Source of the DNA: Octopus vulgaris
Lineage: Eukaryota
Length of the DNA stretch: 64,000 bases
Direction of reading: 5' to 3'
Assembly: GCA_951406725.2 (NCBI GenBank)
Contig: OX597826.1
Coordinates: forward strand, 48,980,001-49,044,000
Shown: one piece after another, positions 13,046-26,394 of the stretch
How positions within the stretch are numbered: the first letter of the stretch is position 1
How the letters are laid out: each line of letters opens with the position of its first letter
Made by a program: the position numbers and the translations under genes
The notes under the pieces: generated by a model
Seen by the model: the letters and a program-made list of their open reading frames with translations, nothing else
The model's database searches: none
What the model was told of the DNA's origin: nothing

Positions 13046-13234
13046 TAAGTATGAGAATGTTTGTATGTGAACCAGCTTTCTTTCAGTAACAAATGATGAT
13101 CAATATCACATTTCAAAAGACAACTGCTAGATAACATTGACAAGTGTATTAATTTGATTTACCATCCATATTCATATATAGAATACTACAATTAGCCATC
13201 ATTTTTGACGCCATGGGGCCAGATAGTATAATAA

Positions 13235-13666
13235 TAATGGAATTATTGTGTATAGTGTTCAGGTGCACTACAGCTCATCAAAGGTGCATGTATAGTACGT
13301 AGAATTATGTGGAAAAGTCAGGAAAGTGAACAATATATGAGTCATGATATACATGTTGCATGTGTATGGAGGGAGAGGATATCAGGTGTACTGTTAGCAA
13401 ATTTCAGGAAGCATGGAGGTTTTAAAGGATGCAATGTCTCAGCAACTAACAACTGATGCAGGTAGTTTGTTTCATGCTTCGGCAACTCTGAGTGTGAAAA
13501 AATGTTTCCGAAAGTCATGGGAGCTGTGCTGTTTTCTGACTTTGTAGGCATACCCACGTGTGTTAAACACATGGAGCTCAAATAGGTGCTCAATGTGGTT
13601 GTTGGCATGATGGTTAATAATTGTGTAGGTGTTTACCAAGTCAGTTTCCAGACGTCTGAGCTTCAA
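13235..13666 (-). pseudogene. CR1-type LINE ORF2 3' fragment and tail
   Basis: LRRLETDLVNTY...NTRGYAYKVRK...RKHFFTLRVAEA*NKLP matches the CR1/L2 C-terminal RRLRxDL / TRGH / FFxxRVxxxWNxLP motifs; second copy at 41943-42180. Confidence 0.85.
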
Positions 13667-13669
13667 TGT

Positions 13670-14057
13670 TTAGTGGTATTTTATCCCTCTGTACATTCTG
13701 AGTTCAAATTCCACCAAGGTCAGCTTTGGCTTTCATCTATTCAGGATCACTGAAGTAAGTACCAGCTGAGCACTGGAGTTAATGTGCTTGACTTATTCAC
13801 TCAATCGCCCTCCCTGAAATTGCAGGACTTGTGTCAAGTAATTTCTACTAAAGGTGCAAGGCCTGAAATTTTGGATGAGGGATTAAGTCAGTTACATGTA
13901 CTGGTTCTTAATTCATTGACCCTCAAAGGATGAAAGGCTAAGTCAACCTTTGCAGAATTCAAACTCAGAACATAAGAACAGAGAAAATGCTGCTAAATTT
14001 TAAAACCAGCGTACTGATAATACTACCAGCTTACTGCCTTACTACTACTACTACTAC

Positions 14058-14088
<31 letters not shown>

Positions 14089-14302
14089 TCTATCTATTAT
14101 AGGCAGAAGGCCTGAAATTTTGGGGGAGGGGACAGTCGATTAGATCAACCCCAGTATGCAGCTGGTACTTAATTTATTGACCTCAAAAGGATGAAAAGCG
14201 AAGTCGACCTCAGCAGAATTTGAACTCAGAACATAGCAGCAGACAAAATACCGCTAAGGAATTCGCCCAGCATGCTAATGATTCTGCCAGCTCACCGCCT
14301 TC
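13670..14302. mobile_element. Three family B SINE copies (+,-,-)
   Basis: TTCTGAGTTCAAATTC and GGATGAAAGGC.AAGTC.ACC motifs. Confidence 0.8.
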
Positions 14303-14321
14303 ATAATGATAATAATGATGG

Positions 14322-14382
<61 letters not shown>

Positions 14383-14739
14383 AATAATAATAATAACAGC
14401 AACAACATGAATAAGACTAAAAACAATAACAACAATAACAATCATAATAATCATGATAATGATAACAGAAACAACAACAACGACAATCCCCTCTCTCTCT
14501 TTCGGAGAAGCACTGAGCAGCTATACGCACACATACACACACGGCAGTAATTTCCACCTACCGAATTCAATCACAAAGCTCCGGTCGGCTCGGGGCTATA
14601 GCGGAAGACACCTACCCAAAGTGCCACGTAGTGGGACTGAACCCGAAACCATGTAGCTAGGAAGCAAGCTCCCTAACCACACAGCCATAAGAAAACAATA
14701 TCAACAGCCATCTGTACTATAATTAAGAAAGCTGTAATA

Positions 14740-15102
14740 ATAATGATAACAACAGCCAGTAACAACAACAACAACAACAACAACAACAAAAATAACAACT
14801 GTAATAACAACGGAAATATGAAGAATATTCATAAGAATCCAATAACATGAACCATAATGATAACGATGATAATAACAGCAGCTATTAGGATGACAAGAGT
14901 AGTAACTATAGCAACATCAACAACAACAACGACAACAAAATCAACAAAAATGACAACAACAACAAAAGCATCACCAAGTTCACCAAGAATAACAGGAACA
15001 ACAATAACACCAGCCACAAAAAATAACAACAATAATAATGATAGTCACAAAGCCAACAACAAGACCAACAAGACCAACAACAAAAACAAAAAAACAGCTA
15101 TG

Positions 15103-15140
<38 letters not shown>

Positions 15141-15330
15141 CGGAAGCAGCACCAACAACATCACCAAGAATGATAACAACAACAACAACAGCAACAACTG
15201 CAAAAGCAACACCGACAGGAACAAGAATAACAACAATAGTAATAGCAACAACAACAATAACAACAACAACAACAACAACATCACCAAGAATAACAACAAC
15301 AACAACAGCAACAGCAATGACAACAATAGT
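14740..15330. repeat. Degenerate (AAC)n tract
   Basis: Direct inspection; poly-N/T/L ORFs. Confidence 0.9.
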
Positions 15331-16000
15331 GAGGAATCGGCCAACAGAAAATCCTTTTTATCGGTCTGTGAGATAAACATATGTGTTGACATTATGTTGT
15401 AATATATCTTGCTTTACTTTATAATCTTAACACTCAGGTCTCCTCCTCATCCTCATCCTCATCCTCCTCCTCATCATCCTCCTCCTCCTCATCATCCATC
15501 CTCTCTCTCTCTCTCTCTCTCACTCTCTCTCTCTCTCTCTCTCTCTTGCTCACTCCCACTCCTCTTTCCTACCACTTACCGCTCTGTCTCTTCTGATGCA
15601 AGACTTAAGCAGTCCTTCCCCCACCCGGAACCCTAATCCAAATGGACACTAAAGAATAGCTTGCTTGATTTGATCGCAAAGCTTATAGCATGTGTGTATA
15701 TGCATGTATGTGTGTATGTATGTGCATGCGCATGTGTGTGTGTGTGTGTATATGTTTGTGTGTGTGTGTGCATGTTTGAGTTAACTAAATGTAAATGCTA
15801 TGTGCATACATGTATGGGTATGTGTACATGTGTGTGTGTGTGTGTGTGTTTGTATTTAAATATCTATATATGTATAAAGGGTTAGGTTAAATCCTTAAAT
15901 CCTTAAAAATGTTTTAGCCCGAAGGCCGCGGCCATGCTGGGGCACCACCGGTGTTTCATTATTATTAGTATATATGTGTGTGTTATATATATATAGAGAT

Positions 16001-16296
16001 AGACCGAAGTAAACACATAAATGTGAAACAAGGTGGAAAAAAGAGTACTCAAATACCAGTGGTAGAGTAATATGCTTTATTTAAAGCAGCAGAAAATTCA
16101 ACAAAATCTGTTACTCTGAGTTTCTCGTTGCCGTTCATCAGACAGTTTTGCTAGAATGGAACCGATATATCAATTCAATCTAGAGTCTAGATTGAATTGA
16201 TATATCGGTTCCATTCTAGCAAAAACTGTCTGATGAACGGCAACGAGAAACTCAGAGTAACAGATTTTGTTGAATTTTCTGCTGCTTTAAATAAAG
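16001..16296. mobile_element. PLE-like family P1 insertion: 110-bp near-perfect palindrome centred at 16185 plus one-sided extension
   Basis: 16075-16184 is the reverse complement of 16186-16296 with one 1-nt indel; extension 16001-16074; flanked by TA-rich tracts. Confidence 0.8.
16222..16268 (+). ncRNA. Minimal type I hammerhead ribozyme motif (mirror copy 16103-16149 on minus)
   Basis: CTGT-CTGATGA-aCG(GCAA)CGa-GAAA-CTCAGAG-TA-ACAG: stem I CTGT/ACAG, GNRA-capped stem II, palindromic stem III, GUA triplet 16257-16259. Confidence 0.75.
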
Positions 16297-16417
16297 TATA
16301 TATAGATAGATATAGATTGACAGATAGTTAGACTGATAGCTAGCTAGACAGATAGATAGACAGATAGATACATACATACATACATACATACATACATACA
16401 TACATGTAAGCACAACA

Positions 16418-16670
16418 GATAGAGAAGAGAAACTGTGCAAGATTGTGGAAACTAGCTGCCCAGCAGATGTTAACATAAAGCTGAAGATCACTGAAAAAGA
16501 GAACACCTATGTCAAACTATTGAGAAATCTGCAGTTACTCTATCCAGATTCCAATTTCAGGTTTATACATGTAATTATTGAGGCCTTGGGATATGTGACA
16601 CACTGCCTAAATAACAAATATTGAGAAATTACGCTTCTCAAAACAAGCCCTTTGCTAAAATGCTTTACAC
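16418..16670 (+). pseudogene. Restriction-like endonuclease fragment of an R4/Dong- or NeSL-type LINE
   Basis: DREEKLCKIVETSCPADVNIKLKITEKENTYVKLLRNLQLLYP...VIIEALG fits the IIEVSCPxDxN...EKxxKY..L...VIIGALG pattern. Confidence 0.8.
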
Positions 16671-16735
16671 AAAAAGTATACTTTTATTATATTTACAAAG
16701 TACTTATTTCCATTAAAAATACATACACACATCTG

Positions 16736-16831
<96 letters not shown>

Positions 16832-17669
16832 TATACACAGAGATATACACATATACATATGGATGTATGAATGTATGTATGTACGTGTATATGTATACTT
16901 GTATATACTTATGCATACACATGTACATATTAGAGGGATCATGAGAAAGAGGGGAGAGGGGTAGAAGGATACATATAGGAAATTAATTAATCAAGAGCAT
17001 GTTGCAGGATCAAAATTGAATTTGTGTCGAGTTATTGTAAACGATGTGATAATTAGTAGTTTTAATTAGAAAATTATGTAAAAGAAATTATACTGCCTGT
17101 ACATGAAGGAGTAACATGCAGTTATTATAAGTATTTAAAATTTCTTTGGCCACACCCACCACTACCACCACCACCACCATTGCCACTACCACCACTGCCA
17201 ACACCATCACCACTTCCACAACCACCGCTGCCACCAACACACCCTCTTAGTAGATTATTTTCTTTTTTTTAATTAATGTTTGTTTACATTTACTTTTTCT
17301 TTTTAATTTTTTAATTTCTTTTCTTTATTTTCTTATTTTGTTTTTCGTTGTTTCATTCGTTACATTTACAGTTAATGATGTTTAGGCCCAGGTCAATCCT
17401 TACAAGGCAAAACCCTATTTACGATCAACATCATTGGAACTGTGACCATCTCATCTATGTATTTTCATTTCGGGCTTAATTCACATACAGTCGGCCTTCA
17501 CTCCAAAGAGAGTGATGGCTTGGCAACTTGTACCAAGCTTTTGCTGGTTGCTTTAGTTACTTACATAATTGTGAGCCAATACAGAACCCTAAACCTTGTT
17601 TGTGCTCCCACCCATGGCCCAGTAGAACATCTAGGATGGTGGCAGAAGGAGAGTTAGAGAGAGAGAGAG

Positions 17670-17835
17670 GGGCTGCACCAGAACTCAGCTGGTACTTCTT
17701 CACAGCTGAGTAGACTGAAGCAACATGAAATGAAGGGCCTTGCTCAAGGAAACAATGAACTGCCTGAGTCAAGGACCAAACCAACAACCTTATAGTCAAG
17801 AGCTTATCACTCTTATCCACTAAGCCACACACATT
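17670..17835 (-). mobile_element. Old tRNA-head SINE
   Basis: Minus-strand GTGGCTTAGTGGATAAGAG head and TCCTTGAGCAAGG...CAGTCTACTCAGCTG body as in 30055 and 45080-45218. Confidence 0.6.
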
Positions 17836-17947
17836 CACCATACTTAATATATCTTACATTATATTATCTAAGTCATCTTTGTTTGTTCTCAAGCAATAGT
17901 GGGGGACATACACAGATACAAAGACACACAGAGATACATATATATAT

Positions 17948-18700
17948 ATCGCTCTTATCAGTGATTCTCTCTCCAATGCCCAGTCTCTTTTACAATTTCT
18001 TGAACAAGCCTCAAATTGTGTAGGTCTATACCTCAATGAGGCCAAGACTGAATACATAAACAAGTGCCTGTCCAACAGTGATTGCATCATCCATACTCTC
18101 AACAATACGCCCTTAAATATGGTTTCTGATTACAAATATCTTGGGTCATACATATCATCATCTGGAAAAGACTTACTAACTAGAAAGGGTATGGCCTGGT
18201 CAGCCTGTAATGACATGCATAAGATCTGGTCATCAAATCTAAGTAGAGACTTCAAACTTGAAATCTTCAAAGCCACAGTCGAACCAATTCTACTATATGG
18301 CTCAGAAACCTGGACGTTATCAAAAAAGCTTGAGAGACGGTTGGATGGAACCTACACTCGCCTCCTTATGAGAGCTCAAAATCTCTCGTGGAAGCGCTAT
18401 CCAACCAAAATGCAAATATATGGGAAATTACCACCTGTGTCATCTCTTGTGAAAGGTAAGAGAGTCCAGTTTGCTGGACATTGTTGTAGAGCTGAAAAAG
18501 AGGTAATTTCTACTCTTCTCCTCTGGAAGCCATATACTCGCAATACCAGAGGGTGTACACTCTCCTACCCTGATGTAATCTCCAGGGATACATGCATCCA
18601 GCAACAGGACCTCCATAATGCCATGATGGACTGTGAAGTCTGGCGTAACATGGTAAATTCCATTGTCTTGACCACGGTCGAACAATGATGATGATGATGA
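17948..18700 (+). pseudogene. 5'-truncated RTE-type LINE (reverse transcriptase C-terminal and thumb region) with (TGA)n tail
   Basis: Open frame IALISDS...VGLYLNEAKTEYI...YKYLGSYIS...PILLYGSETWTLSK... to stop at 18688; begins just after the missing ADD motif. Confidence 0.92.
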
Positions 18701-18711
18701 TATATATATAC

Positions 18712-19212
18712 AATGGGCTTCTTTCAGTTTCCATTTACCAAATTCACTCACAAGGCTTTGGTTGGCCTGAGGCTATAGTAGAAGACACTTGCCCATGGTG
18801 CTACACAGTGGGACTGAACCCAGAACCATGTGGTCAGGAAGAAACTTCTTATTTCTTTATTGCCCACAAGGGGCTAAACATAGAGGTGACAAACAAGGAC
18901 AGACAAAGGGATTAAGTCTATTACATCAACCCCAGTGCATAACTGGTACTTAATTTATCGACCTGAAAGGATGAAAGGCAAAGTCGACTTCGGCAGAATT
19001 TGAACTCAGAACGTAACAGCAGACGAAATACTGTTAAGCATTTCACCCGGTGTGCTAACATTTCTGCCACCTCGCCGCCTTTCTTTCAGTTTTCATTTAC
19101 CAAATTCACTCACAAGGCTTTGGTTGGTCTGAGGCTATAGGAGAAGACACTTTGAGACTGAACCCAGAACCATGTGGCTAGGAAAAAACTTCTTACCACA
19201 CAGCCACTCCAG
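18712..19212 (-). mobile_element. Family B SINE (18845-19080) nested in a duplicated family A head
   Basis: Full B copy bracketed by two similar A segments at 18719-18850 and 19081-19194. Confidence 0.85.
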
Positions 19213-19907
19213 TGCTTACATATGTATATGAGTCTGATGTATGTATTATCTATATGTATGTCTACACAGTAAACTGCATATATATGATTGTGTTATCATA
19301 TATATATGCATATATATCTGTATGTGCAGTGTATGCATGTCTGCTTATGTATTCATGGGTGCATATGTACACAAGAATATGGATGTTAGAATGCATTTAC
19401 ATGTCGGTATATGCAATATATGTCTGTTCTTGCACATGTATGCACATTTGCACTACATGCATTTGTATGCACATGAAGTAATGTAGGCATGTATGCGTCT
19501 CCATGTGCATGTAGAAATATACATATACATGTGTATGCATATGTATGCTTGCATACATGCACGTAAGTGTGTATGCATATGTATATATATATACACACAT
19601 GTGCATACATACATGTGTATCAGTGTGCATATGTATGTATATAATACATAAATTTTGTATATGTATACTTGTGTGTATGTATTTATACATGCTTGTGTGT
19701 GTGCGTATGCATTTATATGTGTCTGAATCTGCATCTGCGCATCTGTCTGCACCAATATGTATTTGTCAGTGCATACGTACGTATATACCTGTCTGTGTGT
19801 CTGCAATGGAAGATCTCAACTATTTCCATCATCTTTATTTTTAATTGTTTTTTTTTCTCCCTCTTTAATTCTTTTCTACTTTTATTTATTTATTTACTTA
19901 GTTATTT

Positions 19908-19948
<41 letters not shown>

Positions 19949-20764
19949 TATCATCATTATCATCATCATTGTAATCCTTATTATTTGGATATTTTTGGTA
20001 AAAATCTTTCAGCATCTAATTCGAAGGTAAGGGGGTGTCAACAAAATTTCGAGCCTTGAAAAAGACAAGTAAAATTGCTAACAATGGTAGTGCCATGAAA
20101 GAAAATTCTGCAGACATTAATCCATTCTTGATTGCCTATTCAAGCCAGTGGGTGTCAGAGATGACAGCAAATTCTACTACACTACCTGGAATCATATCCG
20201 CCACATCACACTTTTGCATAACTTCCACTTGCCCCTCAAAAACAATTCTTTCTGTTACCATTATACTTTTGAGTTTAGCTTGGTTCTTTGCCAAAAGTCT
20301 TACAAAAGACGAATGGTTTTTGTGGTTTTTCTAAAAACTTTTTTTGGGGGCTTTTTAAAGAATGCTGACAATGAGGATAATAAAGATGAAGAAGTGAGAG
20401 ATGACGATGATAGTGATGATGATGATGACGATGATGATGATGATGATGATGACGATGATGATGATGATTATTATCCTCATCTTTGTCATTGTTGCTGTTA
20501 CTGTTGTAGTTGTTATTGTTGTTGCTGTCGTCATCATCAGTGGTGGTGATAGCGGTGGTGGTGGTGGTGGTGCTAGTGGTGAAGGACAGCAGCGGTAAGA
20601 TCATGAAGATACTGATGAAGAAGATAAAGAAATAGACAGCAATGCATACAAATACATACACATACCACACACACATGCACACACACACACATATGCACAC
20701 ATACATACATACATATATATATATACATACACACACATGCACACATACATAGATACATACATAG

Positions 20765-20830
<66 letters not shown>

Positions 20831-20993
20831 GTGTGTGCATGTATATATGCATATGTATGTGTGTGTATATATATATATATACACACACACATATATGTGT
20901 GTGGATGCATGTATTAGCAGCAATTAAAAATTATTTTTCACTGTCATTACCCTAAGTTTGGTAGAACATGAATGTATATATGTATGCATATAT

Positions 20994-21034
<41 letters not shown>

Positions 21035-21239
21035 TATGTATGTGTATGTATATATATATAGAGAGAGAGAGATAGAGAGAGAGGGAGAGAGAGACAGGCA
21101 GACAGACAGAGAAAAATAGATAAAGAGGGAGCAGGATCAATAGATATGCCTCGTTTAGACAAATTAAGATTTAATGGATGCACCTAGTTACCATATCTAT
21201 CTGTGTGTGTGTGTGTGTATGTGGTTGTGCATGTGTGTG

Positions 21240-21331
<92 letters not shown>

Positions 21332-21980
21332 GAGGTAGAGGGAGGAGGAGAGAGAGCCACGTCTAAACCTATAGATAATAGGAAAGAGAAAGAAAGGGAA
21401 TAAAATGAAAAAGAAACAGTAAGCCATATTGTCAGTTTTCCAATTGTGAAAGAATAATGTAAAGAAAATAACAATAAAATAATAAAACAGAGCAAAAAAG
21501 AAAGTGCACAAAATAAAACAACAGCATGAAATTGAATGATGGCAATAATAATAATAATAATAATAATAATAGCAACAATGAATATGTGTGATGATAATGC
21601 AACTGTATACCTATGCACATTTGCCCTTTTACAGATAAGTGCATACATGCATACATACATAAATATATACGTATTGCATAACAAAATGAAATAGTCTATT
21701 CTAAAGACTATGAATCAGATTTGAACTAGAAACTAACCCGAAGACTGGTCCTCAAAAAACAATAGCAGTAACAGTAGTAGTAGTAGTAGTAGTAGTAGTA
21801 GGTGGTGATGATGACAATGACAATAGCGATGATGGTGATGATGATGGTGATGATGATGATGATGGTTGTAATAAATAAATAAATGAATAAAATTAAACAT
21901 AAAAAAAAAGAAGGCCACAGATGAAGTTGGAAGAATTAAATTAATGACTGAGACCGAAACGGAGAAAAAAACACAGAGAA

Positions 21981-22017
<37 letters not shown>

Positions 22018-22084
22018 TGTATGTGTGTGCGTATGTCTGTATGTGTGTGCGTATGTATACATGTGTGTGCATTAATATATATCG

Positions 22085-22125
<41 letters not shown>

Positions 22126-22269
22126 TGTGTGTATATATATATGTGTGTGTATGTATATATATATATATGAATATGATTTTCTTTTCCTTGTTTAATTCTG
22201 GTTTTTTTTTAATCATAATGAATTTGAGAATAAAACAAAATACAATATGTCGGTAAAAATTACAAATAA

Positions 22270-22292
22270 TACTGCTGCTGCTAATAGTAATG

Positions 22293-22344
<52 letters not shown>

Positions 22345-22370
22345 CAACAACAACAACAACAATAATAATG

Positions 22371-22412
<42 letters not shown>

Positions 22413-22749
22413 GCAATAATAATGATAATAATAATAACAATAATAATAATAATAACAGTAGTAGTAATAATACTCATAATAATGAGAATAATAGGAATAA
22501 TAAGAATAATGATATTAACAATAACAAAAGTAAAATGAATAACAATAATTGCAATAATGATGATAATGATGATGATGATGATGACAACAACTATAACGAC
22601 AATGATGACAATGGCAACGATGATGACAATGGCGATGGTGATGATGAGATGAGGATGATGATGATGACGATGATGACAATGATGACGGCAATGATGATGA
22701 CAACAATGACGATGACAACGATGATTCTGACGACAATAATCATGATGAC

Positions 22750-22796
<47 letters not shown>

Positions 22797-22930
22797 TAAT
22801 AACAACAGTAATAATAATAAGAAGAAGAATAGTAACAGTAATAATAATAGTAACAATGATGATGATGATGATGATGATGATTACAAATATAATGCTAAGA
22901 ATATTAATAATGATAATAATGGTAATAATG

Positions 22931-23013
<83 letters not shown>

Positions 23014-23080
23014 AACAACAAGAACAACTACAACAATAATAACTAAATCAGCACTGACAACAATAACAACCAATGAAATC
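22270..23080. repeat. Compound (AAT)n/(AAC)n/(GAT)n tract
   Basis: Direct inspection; source of the 298-aa pseudo-ORF. Confidence 0.95.
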
Positions 23081-23346
23081 AATTGCTATGACTGGAAGAA
23101 AAAGACCAAGAAGACAAAGAATTTGAAAGAATGGCAAAAGTGAGAAACCTTTCTCACCGATTCCTATTTTCGCTATAATTATTAGATCATTCATACAATA
23201 TTAAGCAGATTTTTCTAAGTCTATTAGAAAATCTCTTTCTGTTCTTTGAGGGTTTTTTTTTGATATTTTAATCTTTATTTTTTATTAGATTTTCTTCTTT
23301 GTTGCTCTTTCACTCTCTCTGTCTGTCTCTGTCTCTCTCTCTCACA

Positions 23347-23385
<39 letters not shown>

Positions 23386-23755
23386 TCTCTCAACTTAGCC
23401 AATTTATTTCATCTTTTAACTCCTACAACCACTGCCTCTGCCATTGCCATCTTCCCCACTACCATCAACTATCAGCCACCACCACCACCACCACCGCCGC
23501 CACCATTGTTCATATATCATTACCATTATTAATATTTATTTTTACTTTTAAGGTGGCGAGTTGGCAGAATCGTTAACATGCCAGGTGAAATGCATAGTGG
23601 CATTTCGTCCAAACTTTATGTTCTGAGTTCAAATTCAACTGAGGCCAACATTGCCTTTCAGGGTTGATAAAATGAATACCAGTAGAACTCTGGGTTCAAC
23701 ATAAAGGACTTACTTTCTCCCTCAAAACTGCTAACTTTGTATCAATATTTAAAAC

Positions 23756-23794
<39 letters not shown>

Positions 23795-23795
<1 letters not shown>

Positions 23796-24348
23796 GGGTG
23801 AGAGAGCAGTGCATGCCATTAAAGTGACACTGGGGTAAAATATACGAAGCCCAGTATACCCATCATGACTACCCGTCTGATAAGGGTACACTAGGCACAT
23901 GCATCACAACCACATGTGCGCTACATGGTGATCTCATATCAAGATAAACAGCACATGTCCTTGCAGGTGGGGCCCAGTTAGAATTTTCTTCTGGTCGGGT
24001 AACCCATCTCACTCAAAAGGTCCCTGAATAAGGGTTGTTTAAGGATGTTGAACGAAACATCCATGTTTCCAGATGTGAATTATTCAAACCCCAAAGAATC
24101 TCTCTCAACACATGGCTATGATGCTCCCCCACTAATTCCGCTTGTGATCAGAGATGCACATATCATCAGCCACTAAGGGACATGCTCAACTGGTTAAGGT
24201 CAAACAACTGACAAGCAAATCTGTGGTATTGAGCAGAATATTTGCTGTAGCCCATCTTTTATACCAAGACAAAACAATGTACATGATAACACGTCCAATC
24301 AGTTATGATCAGAAGCCATGAGAGCCACTGTCTGGTACTGTATCAGGG

Positions 24349-24352
<4 letters not shown>
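23795..24352 (-). mobile_element. ~555-bp non-coding element family E inserted in (TAA)n
   Basis: Highly similar and co-terminal with 47771-48327; (TTA)n on both flanks; strand inferred. Confidence 0.8.
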
Positions 24353-24411
<59 letters not shown>

Positions 24412-24689
24412 CATTATCATCATCATCATGATTATCACTATTATTGTTATTATTATTCAGCATTATTTGATAATTTCAGGCAGATTTCTACACCACCATG
24501 TTGCTGAGGTGTGTGCAGCATTGTTGGGTCTTTTTGTTGTTGTTGTTGCTGTTGTTGAGGGAGTAGAAATTCTTCTCAATATTGTATTACATCAGTTTGT
24601 TTTGTTAAGGGGTGTGGTTCGAGTCTTTTGTTATATTAGTGTTTGTCGTGTTTTGTGTGTGTGTAAAGTGAGTTGTATTCTTCTGTTGG

Positions 24690-25900
24690 CTCTCTGACCT
24701 GTTGAGTACATGTTGTGCTGGTAGTTTATTTTATTGGATATTAGCTGTGTAGGGTATTTGTTGCATTTGTCAGGCACTCCATCTGCTGTCAACAGCCACT
24801 GAATGGAGTGCTGGGATGCTGTGGTTACTGATGTGCAGACATGTGCCGAGGTTGCAGCATCTCCAGCATTTCCTTGACGGTGAGCAGGTGTGGTCACCCT
24901 CTGTCAGGCACACTTTTCCACAGCCCTTCTCTTTGACTGAGCTGCAAACCTGAATTAGGCATAGACCGAGGAAGGACACTTGGCACCTCAAGTACCATCA
25001 AGCACTCACAGCCTTTTGCTATGCAGTCTGGTGTAGTTCCACTATAACATTCTATAGAGGGCTAGTGGAGAGAAAGTGCAACGACATTCTCGGGGAAACT
25101 CTGGGTGTCAATGAAGATCAATTAACTGGTCTGCTTTGGAGAAATTTCAGGCCTGGGTTTATGGATAACTTCCAGAAATCTCTTGCATGGTAGTGCTACT
25201 GAAGAGCACTGCCTGTTTGAGATAAACTTTAGATGCACAGAAGTGCCGTCGGCCGGGCCTGCCCAAGGTGCACCCAGAATGATGAAACCATTCTGCATGC
25301 CCTAGTCCAGTACCCGAGTATTGCTAACTTGAGGGTTTATGTCAAACACCTGCTGTTATGTGTAGGATAGATCTGACCATCAGCTGAATCCATTGTGAGG
25401 ATTGCCCTGCTGCCCTCTTTTGGCTGGGAGGGGCAGGCAATTTTTATTTGTCTAGTGGCTGTAGTGAAAGGGGTAGTATGGTGGACCCGTGTGAAAGGGC
25501 TAAAGACAGAGACTTTCCTCTTTAACCAAGCCCTCATCAACTTTTTTAAGTTTCACTTGAAAAGGAAGTTGAGGCTGGAGAGGTATAGAAAGGTGGGTGA
25601 ATGTTGGAAGAATGGCCAGTGTGAAAGGACCAATTCTGAGGGTTCACCTGTAAAAAGGAAATTAAAGGAGAAGGGCTCTTGCCCTGTTGATCAGGCACCC
25701 ATGTATTTTGTAGATTTTTCCATGAAGACCTTAAAGTGCCTCCCCTATTGGCAGTTTTAATTTGTTCAATTTTCAATTGTTATTTATATTGTTTACATGC
25801 GGAAAACCCATTGTAGCGTCCCATTTTTGTCTTTTATGTTGTTGTATGTCATTTAATGTTATTCTAGGTGAGCCCTTGTGGCTAATAAAAGAATGAATAA
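24690..25900 (+). pseudogene. L1/Tx1-clade LINE 3' fragment (zf-RVT cysteine-rich domain and 3' UTR)
   Basis: FQKSLAW*CY*RALPV*DKL then CPRCTQNDETILHALVQYP (CxxC..ETxxH) near 25260-25320; AATAAA and (AAT) tail near 25884. Confidence 0.85.
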
Positions 25901-25930
25901 TAATAATTATTATTATTATCATTATTATTA

Positions 25931-26343
25931 GGCATAGGAGTGGCTGTGTGGCAAGTAGCTTGCTTATGAACCACATGGTTCCGGGTTCAGTCCCACTGTG
26001 TGGCACCTTGGGCAAGTGTCTTCTACTATAGCCTTGGGCTGACCAAAGCCTTGTGAGTGGATTTGGTCAACGGAAACTGAAAGAAGCCTGTCGTATATAT
26101 ATATATATATATATGTATGTGTATGTGTATATGTTTGTGTGTCTGTGTTTGTCACCCCAACATCGCTTGACAACCGATGCTGGTGTGTTTACATCCCCGT
26201 AACTTAGCGGTTTGGCAAAAGAGACTGATAGAATAAGTACTAGGCTTACAAAGAATAAGTCCTGGGGCGATTTGCTCGACTAAAGACGGTGCTCCAGCAT
26301 GGCCACATTCAAATGACTGAAACAAGTAAAAGAATAAAAAGAA

Positions 26344-26345
<2 letters not shown>
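25931..26345 (+). mobile_element. SINE family A, full length
   Basis: All modules present, close to the apparent consensus. Confidence 0.92.

Positions 26346-26394
<49 letters not shown>

Noticed and set aside
22247-23143. Long ORFs (298 aa here, 287 aa at 48547-49410, many YI/HT/CV-repeat ORFs)
   Set aside because: Direct translations of tri- and dinucleotide microsatellites with no domain content
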